Source: an uncultured Phocaeicola sp.
GTDB taxonomy: Bacteria; Bacteroidota; Bacteroidia; Bacteroidales; Bacteroidaceae
Length of the DNA: 64,000 nucleotides
NCBI GenBank assembly: GCA_944320885.1
Contig: CALUJE010000005.1
Span: 39,355-103,354 of the forward strand
Reading direction: 5' to 3'
Made by a program: the position numbers and the translations under genes. Shown here one piece after another: positions 45,964-57,116 of the stretch. The notes beneath the pieces are model-generated. The model had not been told where the DNA came from, ran no database searches, and was given only the letters and a program-made list of their open reading frames with translations. Within the stretch, counting starts at the first letter, position 1. Each line of letters opens with the position of its first letter.

Positions 45964-47847
45964 ATGACAAGTGATTACAGGAAACTTACGGAGAGAGAGA
46001 TAGAGGTATTGCGATTGCAGGGATGTACGGCTGAAAGTTGGGAACGGATTCTGGTAAAGGAAGGCTTTTCTCCCGACAATATAGCTCATGTACGTTTCTA
46101 TGGAAATATACGTCTGGGTATCTATGATAAGCTCCATGATTATGGCGGCATAAAGAGAAAGGCTGGTGTTCGTAATGCCGAACTTCATGATGTGACGGTA
46201 GGTGACAACGTACTGCTGGAGAATATCGGAAGTTACATATCGGCTTATGATATAGCCGATGAAGCATATGTTTCGGATGTAGGCTACATTTCCATGACAG
46301 GCGCATCTTCTTTTGGAATTGGAACCAGAGTGGCTGTATTGTGTGAAGGTACGGAAATGTTTGAACTGCCTTTGCATGATAAGCTTACAGGACATGAGTT
46401 CTATTTCCGTTACATGTATGCCGAAGGCAGGATAGATTCGGCATGTAATATCCCGGTATATATTGACCGTCTGGTGGAAAATCGTGTTGCTGCGGTTACT
46501 TCGGACAGAGGATACATCGGAAAAGCCAGCACGGTAGTGCATACCCGGATGATTGAGGATGTATGGATTGGCGATGAGGCCGAAGTAAGAGGGGCTGAGG
46601 CTTTACGGAACTGTTTCCTGTGCAGTGCATCAGTAGGAAAAGTCAGGGTAGGAGCCGGAGCGATATGCCGGAACGTGGTGATTCAGGCTGGAGCTGATGT
46701 GTATGACGAGGCGAAAATTACTGACTGTCTGGTTGGGCAGTGCGTGCATATCGGAAAAGGATTTTCGGCAGAATCTTCCTTGTTCTTTGCCAACAGCTAT
46801 ATGGATAACGGAGAAGCCTGTGCCATATGTGCCGGACCTTATACCGTAAGTCATCATAAGGCAACTTTGCTCATTGGAGGCATGTTCTCATTTATGAATG
46901 CGGGTTCGGGCACAAACATGAGTAACCATATGTATAAGTTGGGACCGCTTCATTACGGAGTGATGAAACGTGGTTGCAAGACTGCCTCGGGTGCCCATCT
47001 GGTATGGCCGGCAAGAATCGGGGCTTTTTCGATGGTTATGGGAAAAGTTGATGCGCATGTTGATTTGGATGCTTATCCTTTTTCATATGTTTTCGGTAAT
47101 GACAGGAGCGTACAGCTGGTGCCGGGAGTGAATTTCGCATCGGTTGGAACGTATCGTGATGTACGCAAATGGGAGGCACGTGATAAGAGGAAACCTTGTG
47201 ACGGAATGCTGGATTACATTTCAACTTATTCTGAACTGAATCCTTACATAATAAGCAAGATAGTGAAAGGTCGCAAGAGACTGGAAATGTTGCGCCGTTC
47301 GCAAGGTGACTGTAACGAATATCGTGATGGAAACATTGTGATATCACGCAAGGCTTTGGAGCGCGGTATCTGCCTGTATAACAAGATAGAACAGCTGTAC
47401 GTGGTATTGTCGGCCGTAGCCTTGTCCGGATTCAAGAAGGTTTCGGAAAAGAAATATACTGAATGGGTAGACATGCTGGGACTGATTGTTCCTCAGGAAT
47501 ATGTGATGGATTTATGTCATGACATGGAAGAGGAGAAAATCACTTCGGTAGATGACTTGTGTGTCTATTGGAAAAAATGGAAAGAAGACTATCCGTTACT
47601 GCTCAAGCAGACGATAGAATGTCATTATACCCTGGACCGGGTGGTTGAGGCTCTGATGAATTATGAACCGAACATTCATTGTTATTATGAAGCTCTTTAT
47701 GCTGATATAAGGAAGGAGGAAGAGCTGGGAGATTCTTCGTTGAGCAGAATATCGTCTGGTTTTGTGGAAATGTTGCAGCATGACTGTGACGAACAACTAA
47801 AGAAAGCTAAAGAACGGTTATCTTCACTCCTGAAAGAACTTAAATAA
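45964..47847 (+). CDS. DUF4954-like protein (predicted left-handed beta-helix), function unknown
   Basis: About 628 aa. Starts 12 nt after the hflX stop. The central region has a hexapeptide-like periodicity (VGDNVLLENIG..., IGDEAEVRGAE..., VGKVRVGAGAI...). Confidence 0.8.
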   Translation: MTSDYRKLTEREIEVLRLQGCTAESWERILVKEGFSPDNIAHVRFYGNIRLGIYDKLHDYGGIKRKAGVRNAELHDVTVGDNVLLENIGSYISAYDIADEAYVSDVGYISMTGASSFGIGTRVAVLCEGTEMFELPLHDKLTGHEFYFRYMYAEGRIDSACNIPVYIDRLVENRVAAVTSDRGYIGKASTVVHTRMIEDVWIGDEAEVRGAEALRNCFLCSASVGKVRVGAGAICRNVVIQAGADVYDEAKITDCLVGQCVHIGKGFSAESSLFFANSYMDNGEACAICAGPYTVSHHKATLLIGGMFSFMNAGSGTNMSNHMYKLGPLHYGVMKRGCKTASGAHLVWPARIGAFSMVMGKVDAHVDLDAYPFSYVFGNDRSVQLVPGVNFASVGTYRDVRKWEARDKRKPCDGMLDYISTYSELNPYIISKIVKGRKRLEMLRRSQGDCNEYRDGNIVISRKALERGICLYNKIEQLYVVLSAVALSGFKKVSEKKYTEWVDMLGLIVPQEYVMDLCHDMEEEKITSVDDLCVYWKKWKEDYPLLLKQTIECHYTLDRVVEALMNYEPNIHCYYEALYADIRKEEELGDSSLSRISSGFVEMLQHDCDEQLKKAKERLSSLLKELK

Positions 47848-47901
47848 AAAGGAGATTTGTATTTTTGTATCGTACTAATTTAATAATAAAAAATTGTGAT
47901 T

Positions 47902-49542
47902 ATGGCAGTAACTCCGTTTAAGTATGAAGCTCCTTTCCAACTTGGAGAGGACAATACAGAGTATTATTTGTTGACGAAAGATTATGTGTCGGTTAGTGAA
48001 TTCGAAGGAAAGCCTATTCTGAAAGTTGAGAAAGAAGGACTTACAGCTATGGCTAATGCTGCTTTCCGTGACGTTTCGTTTATGTTGCGCCGTTCGCACA
48101 ACGAACAGGTAGCCAAAATATTGAGCGACCCTGAAGCCAGTGAGAACGATAAATATGTAGCGCTTACTTTCCTGCGTAATGCGGAAGTGGCTTGCAAGGG
48201 AGTGTTGCCTTTCTGTCAGGATACCGGTACGGCTATCATACATGGTGAGAAAGGTCAGCAGGTATGGACCGGATATTGCGACGAAGAGGCTTTGTCATAC
48301 GGTGTATACAAAACTTATACTGAAGAGAATCTGCGCTACTCACAGAATGCTCCGTTGAGCATGTATGAGGAGGTAAATACAAAATGTAACCTGCCTGCAC
48401 AGATTGATATCGAGGCTACCGAAGGTATGGAATATAAATTCCTTTGTGTAACCAAAGGTGGTGGCTCTGCCAACAAGACTTATCTGTATCAGGAAACAAA
48501 GGCAATCCTGAACCCGGGTACACTGGTTCCTTTCCTGGTTGAAAAGATGAAGACTCTAGGAACAGCTGCTTGTCCGCCTTATCATATTGCTTTCGTTATT
48601 GGCGGAACCTCTGCAGAAAAGAATCTGCTTACCGTTAAGCTTGCATCAACTCATTATTATGACAACCTGCCTACTACAGGTAGTGAAGGCGGACGTGCAT
48701 TCCGTGATATCGAACTGGAAAAACAAGTGCTTGAAGAAGCTCACCGTATCGGATTGGGTGCACAGTTTGGTGGTAAGTATTATGCACACGATGTGCGCAT
48801 TATCCGTCTGCCGCGTCACGGTGCTTCTTGTCCGGTTGGCTTGGGTGTTTCTTGTTCTGCCGACCGTAACATCAAATGTAAGATCAATAAAGACGGTATC
48901 TGGATTGAAAAACTCGACAGCAATCCGGGTGAACTGATTCCTGAGGCATTGCGTCAGGCTGGTGAAGGTGATGCTGTGAAGATTGACCTGAACCGTCCGA
49001 TGAGTGAAATCCTGAAGGAATTGTCTAAATATCCGGTAGCTACCCGTCTGTCACTGAACGGTACTATCATCGTGGGCCGTGATATTGCACATGCCAAACT
49101 GAAAGAACGTCTTGACCGTGGTGAAGACCTTCCGCAGTATATCAAGGATCATCCTATCTATTATGCTGGTCCTGCCAAGACTCCGGCAGGTATGGCTTGT
49201 GGTTCGATGGGCCCGACTACCGCAGGACGTATGGACCCGTATGTTGACTTGTTCCAGAGCCATGGCGGTAGCATGATTATGTTGGCTAAGGGTAACCGTA
49301 GCCAGGCTGTAACCGACGCCTGCAAGAAACACGGTGGCTTCTATCTGGGCTCAATCGGTGGTCCGGCTGCAATCCTTGCTCAGAACAACATCAAGAGCAT
49401 TGAGTGTGTAGAATATCCTGAATTGGGTATGGAAGCTATCTGGAAGATTCAGGTAGAGAATTTCCCGGCATTTATCCTCGTTGATGATAAGGGTAATGAT
49501 TTCTTCAAACAAATCAAACCGACTCCACTTTGCAAGAAATAA
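47902..49542 (+). CDS. fumB: Class I (Fe-S, FumA/FumB-type) fumarate hydratase
   Basis: [21 protein letters not shown] matches the FumA/B N-terminus pattern. CQDTGTAI and KGGGSANK motifs. 546 aa. Confidence 0.93.
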   Translation: MAVTPFKYEAPFQLGEDNTEYYLLTKDYVSVSEFEGKPILKVEKEGLTAMANAAFRDVSFMLRRSHNEQVAKILSDPEASENDKYVALTFLRNAEVACKGVLPFCQDTGTAIIHGEKGQQVWTGYCDEEALSYGVYKTYTEENLRYSQNAPLSMYEEVNTKCNLPAQIDIEATEGMEYKFLCVTKGGGSANKTYLYQETKAILNPGTLVPFLVEKMKTLGTAACPPYHIAFVIGGTSAEKNLLTVKLASTHYYDNLPTTGSEGGRAFRDIELEKQVLEEAHRIGLGAQFGGKYYAHDVRIIRLPRHGASCPVGLGVSCSADRNIKCKINKDGIWIEKLDSNPGELIPEALRQAGEGDAVKIDLNRPMSEILKELSKYPVATRLSLNGTIIVGRDIAHAKLKERLDRGEDLPQYIKDHPIYYAGPAKTPAGMACGSMGPTTAGRMDPYVDLFQSHGGSMIMLAKGNRSQAVTDACKKHGGFYLGSIGGPAAILAQNNIKSIECVEYPELGMEAIWKIQVENFPAFILVDDKGNDFFKQIKPTPLCKK

Positions 49543-49569
49543 GTCTGAACCTGTAAGATTATAAAAAGA

Positions 49570-49610
49570 CTGCCGGCGTTTTTACTTTTCAGCAAGTAAA
49601 ACGCCGGCAG
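49570..49610. terminator. Bidirectional terminator between fumB and the TlpA-like gene
   Basis: CTGCCGGCGTTTT(T)ACT pairs with AGTAAAACGCCGGCAG. A-run on the left, T-run on the right. Confidence 0.75.
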
Positions 49611-49632
49611 ATTTTTTTATAAAGGTATGTCT

Positions 49633-50727
49633 TTATTTCTTGAGTGGGAGAGCCATCAGATCTTCGATTTCAGGGTTCTGCATTATGATTTTTCCATCCG
49701 GGTCAATAAGGAACATGGTAGGCAGCTGACTTACTTTATAGTCGGCCGCAATGGTGTTTTCCTTAAACGGTTTCAGTTCTCCCGTATTGGTCCATATTAT
49801 TCCGTCTTCTTTGGTGGCTGCTTCCCATTGTGCCTTATTTTCATCCATACTCAGCCCGCATACGGTAATGCCGCGCGTCTGAAGCTGGTCATATATGGCT
49901 TTTAGTTCAGCAGCACGCTGTCGGCATGGACGGCACCAGCTGGCCCAGAAGTCAAGTAACAGGTATTTGCCCTTGAAATCGCTCAGGCGTACTTCTTTTC
50001 CCTTCAGATCGTGTGTTACAAAATCTGGAGCGGGCATATCCTGTATCCATGTGCTTTGAGTTTTGACTAGATTCTCCTTGAACCGTCGGTAGTCATATGA
50101 ATAGGCATAGGTTACCGTATCAATGATTTCAGAGATTTCCTTTAGTTCCGGATAAGTATACAAAAGCAGATTTCCAGCCAGATGGCAGGCTGTAAAACTT
50201 TTGGGGTATTTCTTTATGAACTCCTTGGTTGCATTCTCACGTTCTTCAAAGTTAAGGCTCATCAGTTTCTGGATAGAGTCTGTCGTTGCTTTGTCGGTTT
50301 GTGGATTGATGTTGCTGAACATGGTAGCCAGTTGGTTGCCTTTGTCTTCCATAGGCTGCATATGCGTCTGGTATTCGTTCAGAATCTTTTGCTCGTTTCC
50401 TCCTTTAATGATTTCTATGTTACCCTCATGTGCATCGTTCATGCTGACTTTATATTCACTGTTGGGCTCTACTATAAGTGATATGTCATGTTGACGCGGA
50501 GAGGTGGTAAGGTTGCAGAATTCCGGATTTTCAATGATACCTTTGAGCTTGAAGTTCGTTTCGGCATTGAGTGTAACGGAGTCAATCCGTGTATAGCGGT
50601 CTTTTACGCAGGTGAGGTAAACCTTTCCGGTAAAGGGTTGGGGAAGTGTACCTTCAATGATATACTCTTTTTCAGACTGGCAGGCTGCGGTAAGCAGTGT
50701 GCATAATAAAAGATGATTCAGTTTCAT
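49633..50727 (-). CDS. TlpA/AhpC-TSA family thiol-disulfide oxidoreductase lipoprotein with an N-terminal extra domain
   Basis: Lipobox LLTAAC. C-terminal thioredoxin fold with WASWCRPCRQ active site. Confidence 0.88.
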   Translation of the reverse strand: MKLNHLLLCTLLTAACQSEKEYIIEGTLPQPFTGKVYLTCVKDRYTRIDSVTLNAETNFKLKGIIENPEFCNLTTSPRQHDISLIVEPNSEYKVSMNDAHEGNIEIIKGGNEQKILNEYQTHMQPMEDKGNQLATMFSNINPQTDKATTDSIQKLMSLNFEERENATKEFIKKYPKSFTACHLAGNLLLYTYPELKEISEIIDTVTYAYSYDYRRFKENLVKTQSTWIQDMPAPDFVTHDLKGKEVRLSDFKGKYLLLDFWASWCRPCRQRAAELKAIYDQLQTRGITVCGLSMDENKAQWEAATKEDGIIWTNTGELKPFKENTIAADYKVSQLPTMFLIDPDGKIIMQNPEIEDLMALPLKK

Positions 50728-50750
50728 GATAATAAGATTTATGATTGCCG

Positions 50751-50758
50751 CAAATATA
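50751..50758 (-). promoter_or_regulatory. Candidate -7 box (TATATTTG on the minus strand) for the TlpA-like gene
   Basis: Matches TAnnTTTG. About 24 nt upstream of the ATG at 50727. Confidence 0.4.
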
Positions 50759-50813
50759 GCTTTTTGATTTGGAGAAAGAAAAGAAATGCCTCATATCTTT
50801 GAGGAGTGCGGAC

Positions 50814-50846
50814 ATAAAAAAAGGAGCGTCGTAAAACGCTCCTTTC
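50814..50846 (-). terminator. Rho-independent terminator of the nuo operon
   Basis: On the minus strand AGGAGCG-TTTTACGA-CGCTCCT is followed by TTTTTTTAT, 40 nt after the nuoN stop. Confidence 0.65.
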
Positions 50847-50887
50847 TATAGTTGTGATAACTTGTTCACAAATGAAGTTCCGGTTTT

Positions 50888-52309
50888 TTACATACCGAAT
50901 GCATACAGGTTCAGTCCGTCATATACAGCGCTGATAATACCCAATGCTAGGATACCGGCAGTACAGATAGCAAGACTGATTTTTGTACTGCAGTCGCTGC
51001 TGAAGTAAGCAATCGGTTTGTCATTGGGGATAATATACATTGCTTTTACTATACGCAGGTAGTAGTAAAGTGAAATGATGGTGTTGACCAAAGCAATGAA
51101 TACCAGCAGGTAGAAACCTTCGCTGAATGCAGCAGCAAAGATGAAGAATTTGCTGAAGAATCCGGCAAACGGAGGAATACCGGCCAATGAGAACAATGCC
51201 AGAGTAAGCAGGAAGCTTAACTTCGGATTGCTTTGGTAAAGACCGTTGTAATCATTCATTTCAATCTTTCCGGCTTTCTGTTCTATAACGTTGATTACAC
51301 CAAATGCACCCAGGTTGGCTGCAATGTAAACCAATACATAGAATACCAGTGAAGTCATACCTTGTGCGTTGCCGCTGATTACAGCCAGCATGATGTAACC
51401 GGCCTGTGAGATACTACTGAATGCCATGAATCGTTTCAGGTTGTCCTGTTTCAAGGCAAACAGGTTGGCCAGTGTGATAGTGATAACGATTACTACATAA
51501 AGAAGCAGTTGCCAGTTTTCAACCATCGGAGCAAATACTTTGGTAAGGATTACCATCAGTGTAAATGCTGCAGCACCTTTAGAGATTACAGAAAGGTATG
51601 AAGTTACAGCTGTAGGAGCTCCCTGGTAAGTATCGGCTGTCCACAAGTGGAACGGAACGAGAGAAATCTTGAATCCTAATCCGGCAAAGAAGAATACCAT
51701 GGCCAGAATCTGCATGGGAGTACCTTCGAGTGCAGTAGGTATGTCATTGAAGTAAAGTGTACCTACGGTACCGTAAATGAATGAAATACCATAAAGCATG
51801 AGTCCGGTAGAGAACATGGCGTTCATGATATATTTTGCACCGGCTTCGGCTGATTCATGTTTGTATTTGTCGAATGCAGCGAGGCATGCCATCGGAATAG
51901 ATGCGAGTTCAAGACCGATGAAGAACATCAGGAAGTTACCTGCGCTCATCATGAAGTTCATACCCAGAAGGGTACATAATGTAAGAATGTAGAATTCGCC
52001 TTCCTTGTGGCGGGTGTCGTCACGGCGTAACCAGTTCTTTGCCTGCAGGAATACAAGCAGCGTACCGATAGAAAGAATGGTCTTTACAATGTCGGTCATT
52101 GCATAAGCCTGATACATGCCACCAAACAGTTCCCTGTCTTGTCCGGGGAAGATATTCAATACTGTGTGGATACCCAGCAATATGCATGTCAGGGTATGGA
52201 AGCCGCGACGCTCCTTGCCTTCAGTAAACAGATCGTAGAAGAATACGATCAGAATCAGAACAATGAGGCTGACTTCCGGTGTCATATCTAAAAATTGAGA
52301 ATAATTCAT
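50888..52309 (-). CDS. nuoN: NADH-quinone oxidoreductase subunit N
   Basis: 473-aa polytopic antiporter-like subunit, last gene of the operon. Confidence 0.9.
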   Translation of the reverse strand: MNYSQFLDMTPEVSLIVLILIVFFYDLFTEGKERRGFHTLTCILLGIHTVLNIFPGQDRELFGGMYQAYAMTDIVKTILSIGTLLVFLQAKNWLRRDDTRHKEGEFYILTLCTLLGMNFMMSAGNFLMFFIGLELASIPMACLAAFDKYKHESAEAGAKYIMNAMFSTGLMLYGISFIYGTVGTLYFNDIPTALEGTPMQILAMVFFFAGLGFKISLVPFHLWTADTYQGAPTAVTSYLSVISKGAAAFTLMVILTKVFAPMVENWQLLLYVVIVITITLANLFALKQDNLKRFMAFSSISQAGYIMLAVISGNAQGMTSLVFYVLVYIAANLGAFGVINVIEQKAGKIEMNDYNGLYQSNPKLSFLLTLALFSLAGIPPFAGFFSKFFIFAAAFSEGFYLLVFIALVNTIISLYYYLRIVKAMYIIPNDKPIAYFSSDCSTKISLAICTAGILALGIISAVYDGLNLYAFGM

Positions 52310-52317
52310 ATCTTTAT

Positions 52318-53811
52318 TTATTTAAGTATTGAGAGGTGAGCACTTAAAATTGTATTAACACTGTCATGGAGCATGTCGCTTACCCAGAAAGGAGCCATAC
52401 CCAATCCTGCTACTGCAATGATGAGGCAGATAACGGCAAAGCGTTCGTCCCATGTAGCATCGGTCAGTTCAAGATGGTGCGGGTTCTTTACTGTGTGGAA
52501 CAGAATCTTGCCCACAACGCGCAAAATATAAACTGCGGTGATTACGATACTTGTGCAGGCAATGATAGTGCAGACACGGTGGAATGTGTCAGCATTCTCA
52601 AATGAACCTACGAAGATGGTCATTTCTGCAATGAAACCGCTCAATCCCGGTAAACCAAGGTTGGCCAAACCGGCAATCACGTAACCTACACTGAGGAATG
52701 GCATGATTTTCATCAAACCGCTCATCTCACGAATGTCACGGGTGTGTGTACGGCCGTATATCATACCGATGAGGGCGAAGAATAGAGCTGTCATCAAACC
52801 GTGGCTTAACATTTGGAGGATAGCACCTGTACAGCTGGTACGGGTCATCATCAGCAATGCGAACAATACAAGACCGCAGTGTGAAACAGAAGAGTATGCA
52901 TTGATATATTTCAAGTCGGTTTGTACTACTGCACTGAATGCTCCGTATACAACACTGATAGTAGTAAGTACCAGGAAGATCCATCCGAGTTCCTGAGTTG
53001 CTTCAGGCATCAGGTACATGGCTACACGGAAACATCCGTAACCTCCCAGTTTCATCAATACTCCGGCGTGAAGCATTGATACGGCGGTAGGTGCAGAAGC
53101 GTGACCGTCGGGGCTCCATGTGTGGAATGGGAACAAGGCACCCAATACACCGAATCCCAGGAAAGTAAGCGGGAAGAAGATGCGTTGCAAGTCAAGAGGA
53201 ATGTTATGCAAGGCTGCAATTTCAAGTACATTCATGGTCTGTGCGCCACTTCCGTAGTAGATACCCAGGATACCGCAAAGCAGGAATGCAGAAGCTCCCA
53301 TCAGCATCAGGGTAAGTTTCATGGCAGAATATTCTTTGCGGCCGCTTCCCCATACACCGATAAGCAGGTACATCGGAATCAAAGCTACCTCATAGAACAT
53401 GAACATGGTGAACAAGTCGGTTGAGATAAAGAATCCGAATACACCCAGTGACAACAGGGTAAACCACAAGAAGTATTCTTTAGTAAGAGGTTTTAATTTC
53501 CATGAAGCAAATGTTCCGGTGAATACAATGATACCCGAAAGCAAAAGCATGGCTACTGATATGCCGTCTACACCGATAGAGTAGCAGATGTGCAAGGGAG
53601 CATACCACATGTAACTGTCGGTATAAAGCATCTCCTCTGTGGCACCGGCGCTACGTAGTCCGAGATAGTCGATTGTCAGATATATGGACAGCAGCAACAA
53701 TGCTGATGAACCGACCACCATTACCCCACGAACCTGATTCAGACTGCGGCTTAACCACAATCCCAGTAACATCAGCAAGGGGATTAATACGAAAAAACTT
53801 AATATATTCAT
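52318..53811 (-). CDS. nuoM: NADH-quinone oxidoreductase subunit M
   Basis: 497-aa antiporter-like subunit, with [28 protein letters not shown] typical of NuoM/ND4. Confidence 0.92.
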   Translation of the reverse strand: MNILSFFVLIPLLMLLGLWLSRSLNQVRGVMVVGSSALLLLSIYLTIDYLGLRSAGATEEMLYTDSYMWYAPLHICYSIGVDGISVAMLLLSGIIVFTGTFASWKLKPLTKEYFLWFTLLSLGVFGFFISTDLFTMFMFYEVALIPMYLLIGVWGSGRKEYSAMKLTLMLMGASAFLLCGILGIYYGSGAQTMNVLEIAALHNIPLDLQRIFFPLTFLGFGVLGALFPFHTWSPDGHASAPTAVSMLHAGVLMKLGGYGCFRVAMYLMPEATQELGWIFLVLTTISVVYGAFSAVVQTDLKYINAYSSVSHCGLVLFALLMMTRTSCTGAILQMLSHGLMTALFFALIGMIYGRTHTRDIREMSGLMKIMPFLSVGYVIAGLANLGLPGLSGFIAEMTIFVGSFENADTFHRVCTIIACTSIVITAVYILRVVGKILFHTVKNPHHLELTDATWDERFAVICLIIAVAGLGMAPFWVSDMLHDSVNTILSAHLSILK

Positions 53812-53834
53812 ATTGTCTTAATAGTTTCGTTCAA

Positions 53835-55727
53835 TTACACTAATAATAACATAACTGTAAAGGCCAGTGCTCCGATCAGGAACCAGATACAGTAGCTTTG
53901 TATCTTACCGCTCTGCATGCCGCGTACTTCGTCAGCACTTGCATTTGCACTCCATGCTGTGAAGTTGAAGAACTGGTCTACTGCGTGACGGTCAAACCAT
54001 GCAAGCGGAGTAGAGATGCAGCGGAAGATGATTTTCTTGGTCACAAACATCCAGATTTCGTCCATATAGAAACGGCGGTATGCCGCACGGTGCAATGTCT
54101 TGAATGTTGCTGCAAGCTTGTCGGCCACCGGTTGCTGTTCTTTCATATACATGAATGTAGCAAGTACAATGGCTACGATGGCGATACATACACTGGTAAT
54201 GGCTACCTGAGCATTCAGGTGGATATCATATGCCTGACCGTTGCTGCTTACGAAGTGTCCGAAAGGAATAAATCCTGAAACGCAGGTTACAGCGGCAAGG
54301 AACATCAGCGGGAAGCTCATGCTTAATGGTGCTTCATGCGGAGTGTGGTGTGCGTGAAGCTCTTTGTTCTCTTTTCCCCAGAAGATACCGTAGTACAGGC
54401 GGAACATATAGAATGCTGTCATACCTGCAATGATACTCATCATCCATCCTACAACCGGACTGAACTGGAAGCAGGCAGCAAGGATTTCGTCTTTACTGAA
54501 GAATCCGCTGAACGGAGGTATACCTGCAATGGCCAGACAGGCAATGAGGAATGTGATATGGGTAATAGGCATGTATTTGCGAAGACCTCCCATAGCTGAC
54601 ATCTCGTTGCTGTGAACAGCGTGGATGATAGCTCCGGCTCCAAGGAAGAGCAATGCCTTGAACATAGCGTGTGTAAACAAATGGAACATACCGGCCATGT
54701 ATCCCAGACCTTCGTGTGTATCGGCACCGATGCAAACGCCCAGTGCAACAACCATGAAGGCAATCTGTGAAATGGTAGAGAACGCGAGTACGCGTTTGAT
54801 ATCTGTCTGTACGCAGGCTACTGCTGCTGCATAGAATGCGGTGAGTACACCCAGATATGCTATCCAGTGAAGAACTTCAGGAGCGTATGCTATAAATATA
54901 GGGAACATACGTGCTACCAGATATACACCGGCAACAACCATGGTTGCTGCATGGATAAGTGCACTGACAGGAGTAGGACCTTCCATTGCATCCGGCAACC
55001 AGATGTGGAGTGGGAACATGGCACTCTTTCCGGCACCACCCACAAACATCAGTCCTAATGCCCAAGGCATCATACCGCCAGCGGCAATCAGCATCTGGGT
55101 TTCAGGCTCAAAGGTAAATGTGCCTGCATAGTAACCGTAGATGAGGATACCGATGAGGAAGCCCAAATCGGCAAAACGGGTTACGATGAATGCTTTCTTG
55201 CTGGCAGCCACAGCTTCGGGCTTGGTATAGTAGAAACCGATAAGCAGGTATGAAGATACACCCACAAGCTCCCAGAAGATATACATTTGGAAAATGTTGG
55301 TTGCAACAACCAGACCCAGCATGGAGAAGGTAAAGAGGCTCAAGAATGCATAATAGCGTTGGAAACCTTTTTCACCTTTCATGTAACCGAATGAATAGAT
55401 GTGTACCATGAGTGATACGGTAGAAATCACAATCAGCATCATTACTGAGATAGGATCAAGCAAGATTCCCAGGTCAATGTGCAGATTGCTGGTGAATGGC
55501 AACCATTCGAAATTATAAGGCATCAGCTTCTCATAGGTACCGTCGGCCGAACGTCCGTTGCCGAAGTAAAAGTAAGCAGTCGCATACGACAATACGGCTA
55601 CGATGCCCAGTACTGCAGTACCGATAGCACCTGCCACTTTATGCTGCATACGCATACCTGCCAGTCCCAGCACAATAAAACTGAGCATGGGAAGAAGTAA
55701 TATCAGTATCGTATATGAATAATCCAT
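53835..55727 (-). CDS. nuoL: NADH-quinone oxidoreductase subunit L
   Basis: 630 aa, WLPDAMEGPTPVSALIHAATMVVAGVYL, with the C-terminal lateral-helix extension. Confidence 0.93.
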   Translation of the reverse strand: MDYSYTILILLLPMLSFIVLGLAGMRMQHKVAGAIGTAVLGIVAVLSYATAYFYFGNGRSADGTYEKLMPYNFEWLPFTSNLHIDLGILLDPISVMMLIVISTVSLMVHIYSFGYMKGEKGFQRYYAFLSLFTFSMLGLVVATNIFQMYIFWELVGVSSYLLIGFYYTKPEAVAASKKAFIVTRFADLGFLIGILIYGYYAGTFTFEPETQMLIAAGGMMPWALGLMFVGGAGKSAMFPLHIWLPDAMEGPTPVSALIHAATMVVAGVYLVARMFPIFIAYAPEVLHWIAYLGVLTAFYAAAVACVQTDIKRVLAFSTISQIAFMVVALGVCIGADTHEGLGYMAGMFHLFTHAMFKALLFLGAGAIIHAVHSNEMSAMGGLRKYMPITHITFLIACLAIAGIPPFSGFFSKDEILAACFQFSPVVGWMMSIIAGMTAFYMFRLYYGIFWGKENKELHAHHTPHEAPLSMSFPLMFLAAVTCVSGFIPFGHFVSSNGQAYDIHLNAQVAITSVCIAIVAIVLATFMYMKEQQPVADKLAATFKTLHRAAYRRFYMDEIWMFVTKKIIFRCISTPLAWFDRHAVDQFFNFTAWSANASADEVRGMQSGKIQSYCIWFLIGALAFTVMLLLV

Positions 55728-55759
55728 AGTTTTATTTTTTATAAATTATTGACCACGTT

Positions 55760-56071
55760 TTATCCCTTCATTTCATCAATGTTGTCTGTCTGAATATTAC
55801 GTATATTCCGATAGATATTGATAATGATGGCAATGGCTACGGCTGTTTCGGCCGCTGCGATACCAATACCAAAGAGGGCAAAGAAGTGACCTTCGAATAC
55901 ATCAGGAAACAAATAACGGTTGAACACGGCAAAGTTGATGTTTGTTGCATTCAGTATCAGTTCCACAGAAATAAGAACTGCAAGCAGGTTCTTACGGGTA
56001 AAGAATCCGTATATGCCGGCAAACAGCATGATTGTACTTACAATCAGATAATATACTACATGTATTTCCAT
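55760..56071 (-). CDS. nuoK: NADH-quinone oxidoreductase subunit K
   Basis: 103 aa, three TM helices, conserved position between J and L. Confidence 0.9.
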   Translation of the reverse strand: MEIHVVYYLIVSTIMLFAGIYGFFTRKNLLAVLISVELILNATNINFAVFNRYLFPDVFEGHFFALFGIGIAAAETAVAIAIIINIYRNIRNIQTDNIDEMKG

Positions 56072-56083
56072 AAGTCCCTCCTT

Positions 56084-56596
56084 TTATCTTTTACGTGCAA
56101 TTAACAAGCCTCCTATCATACAAGCCAGCAGGAGCACACTCACTATTTCGAACGGAAGTACGTACTGGTATTTGTCCATACCGATTAAGTCACGTCCGAT
56201 TTCTTTCAAACCTATTTCACTGCATTCAGGAATTGCATTCAGAGCGAATCCGTTGGTCCAGATAAGGAACAGTACCAGAGCTGCACCGATAAGAACTGTG
56301 GCCAATACGGCAAACAGTTTGCTTTTGCAAATCTTCTGGTTGATGCTCTTGTCTGAATTGGTCAGCAAAATCGAGAATACATACAATACGACGATACCGC
56401 CGGCATAAACCATCAATTGTACGGCACCCAGGAAGGTGTAGCCCAAGATGAAGTATATGGCAGCTGTACCGAAAAGCACAAACAGCAGGTAAGTAGCCGA
56501 CCGCAATATGCTTCCGCTAGTAACAGTCATCACTGAAAATACGCTCATCAGGATGGCCACTACGTAAAAAACTAATTGTTGAAGTGTTATATCCAT
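56084..56596 (-). CDS. nuoJ: NADH-quinone oxidoreductase subunit J
   Basis: 170 aa, five TM segments, position between I and K. Confidence 0.88.
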   Translation of the reverse strand: MDITLQQLVFYVVAILMSVFSVMTVTSGSILRSATYLLFVLFGTAAIYFILGYTFLGAVQLMVYAGGIVVLYVFSILLTNSDKSINQKICKSKLFAVLATVLIGAALVLFLIWTNGFALNAIPECSEIGLKEIGRDLIGMDKYQYVLPFEIVSVLLLACMIGGLLIARKR

Positions 56597-56603
56597 ATTG
56601 TTT

Positions 56604-57074
56604 TTACTTTTTTACAACTGATGAACCTTCGTGGTTAAGTTTCAACACGAGCTTGTTTCTTTGATAAACGGCATTTTCAAAGTCATTGCTGAAACGGATT
56701 GCATTATGCGGACATGCGTTTACACACAATTCGCAGAACATGCATGAACCGAGGTCATATTCATATTTAACCAAAACTTTTTTCTTCTTACCGTCTTCAC
56801 CTTCTACCATTTCGGAAGTTACCTTGATGGTATCGTTCGGACAAGCCATCTGGCAAAGTCCGCAGGCAATACAGTGGTGCTGGTTGTTCTCGTCATGAGG
56901 CATTACCAGCATGGCACGGTGGCGCTCAGGAATGTGCAAGGTGGTGTGGCGGTTTTCAGGGTATTGCTCTGTTACTCCTTTGCGAAGGTATACTCTTAAG
57001 GAGGTACGCATACCAATCAGCAAACTGTCGAGTCCTGAAAAATATCCTTTTATGTAATTACCAAATTTACTCAT
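56604..57074 (-). CDS. nuoI: NADH-quinone oxidoreductase subunit I (2x[4Fe-4S])
   Basis: Two ferredoxin motifs, CIACGLCQMACP and CMFCELCVNACP. Start at MSKFGNYIKG is preferred (ORF maximum 57110). Confidence 0.9.
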   Translation of the reverse strand: MSKFGNYIKGYFSGLDSLLIGMRTSLRVYLRKGVTEQYPENRHTTLHIPERHRAMLVMPHDENNQHHCIACGLCQMACPNDTIKVTSEMVEGEDGKKKKVLVKYEYDLGSCMFCELCVNACPHNAIRFSNDFENAVYQRNKLVLKLNHEGSSVVKK

Positions 57075-57116
57075 TTTATTTTTGTTTTTAATTTGCCGTT
57101 CGAGGCGCATTAATCA

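Noticed and set aside
45859-46542. 227-aa minus-strand ORF overlapping the hflX end and the DUF4954 start
   Set aside because: It is antisense to two co-directional genes with good coding character. It has no promoter or family signal.
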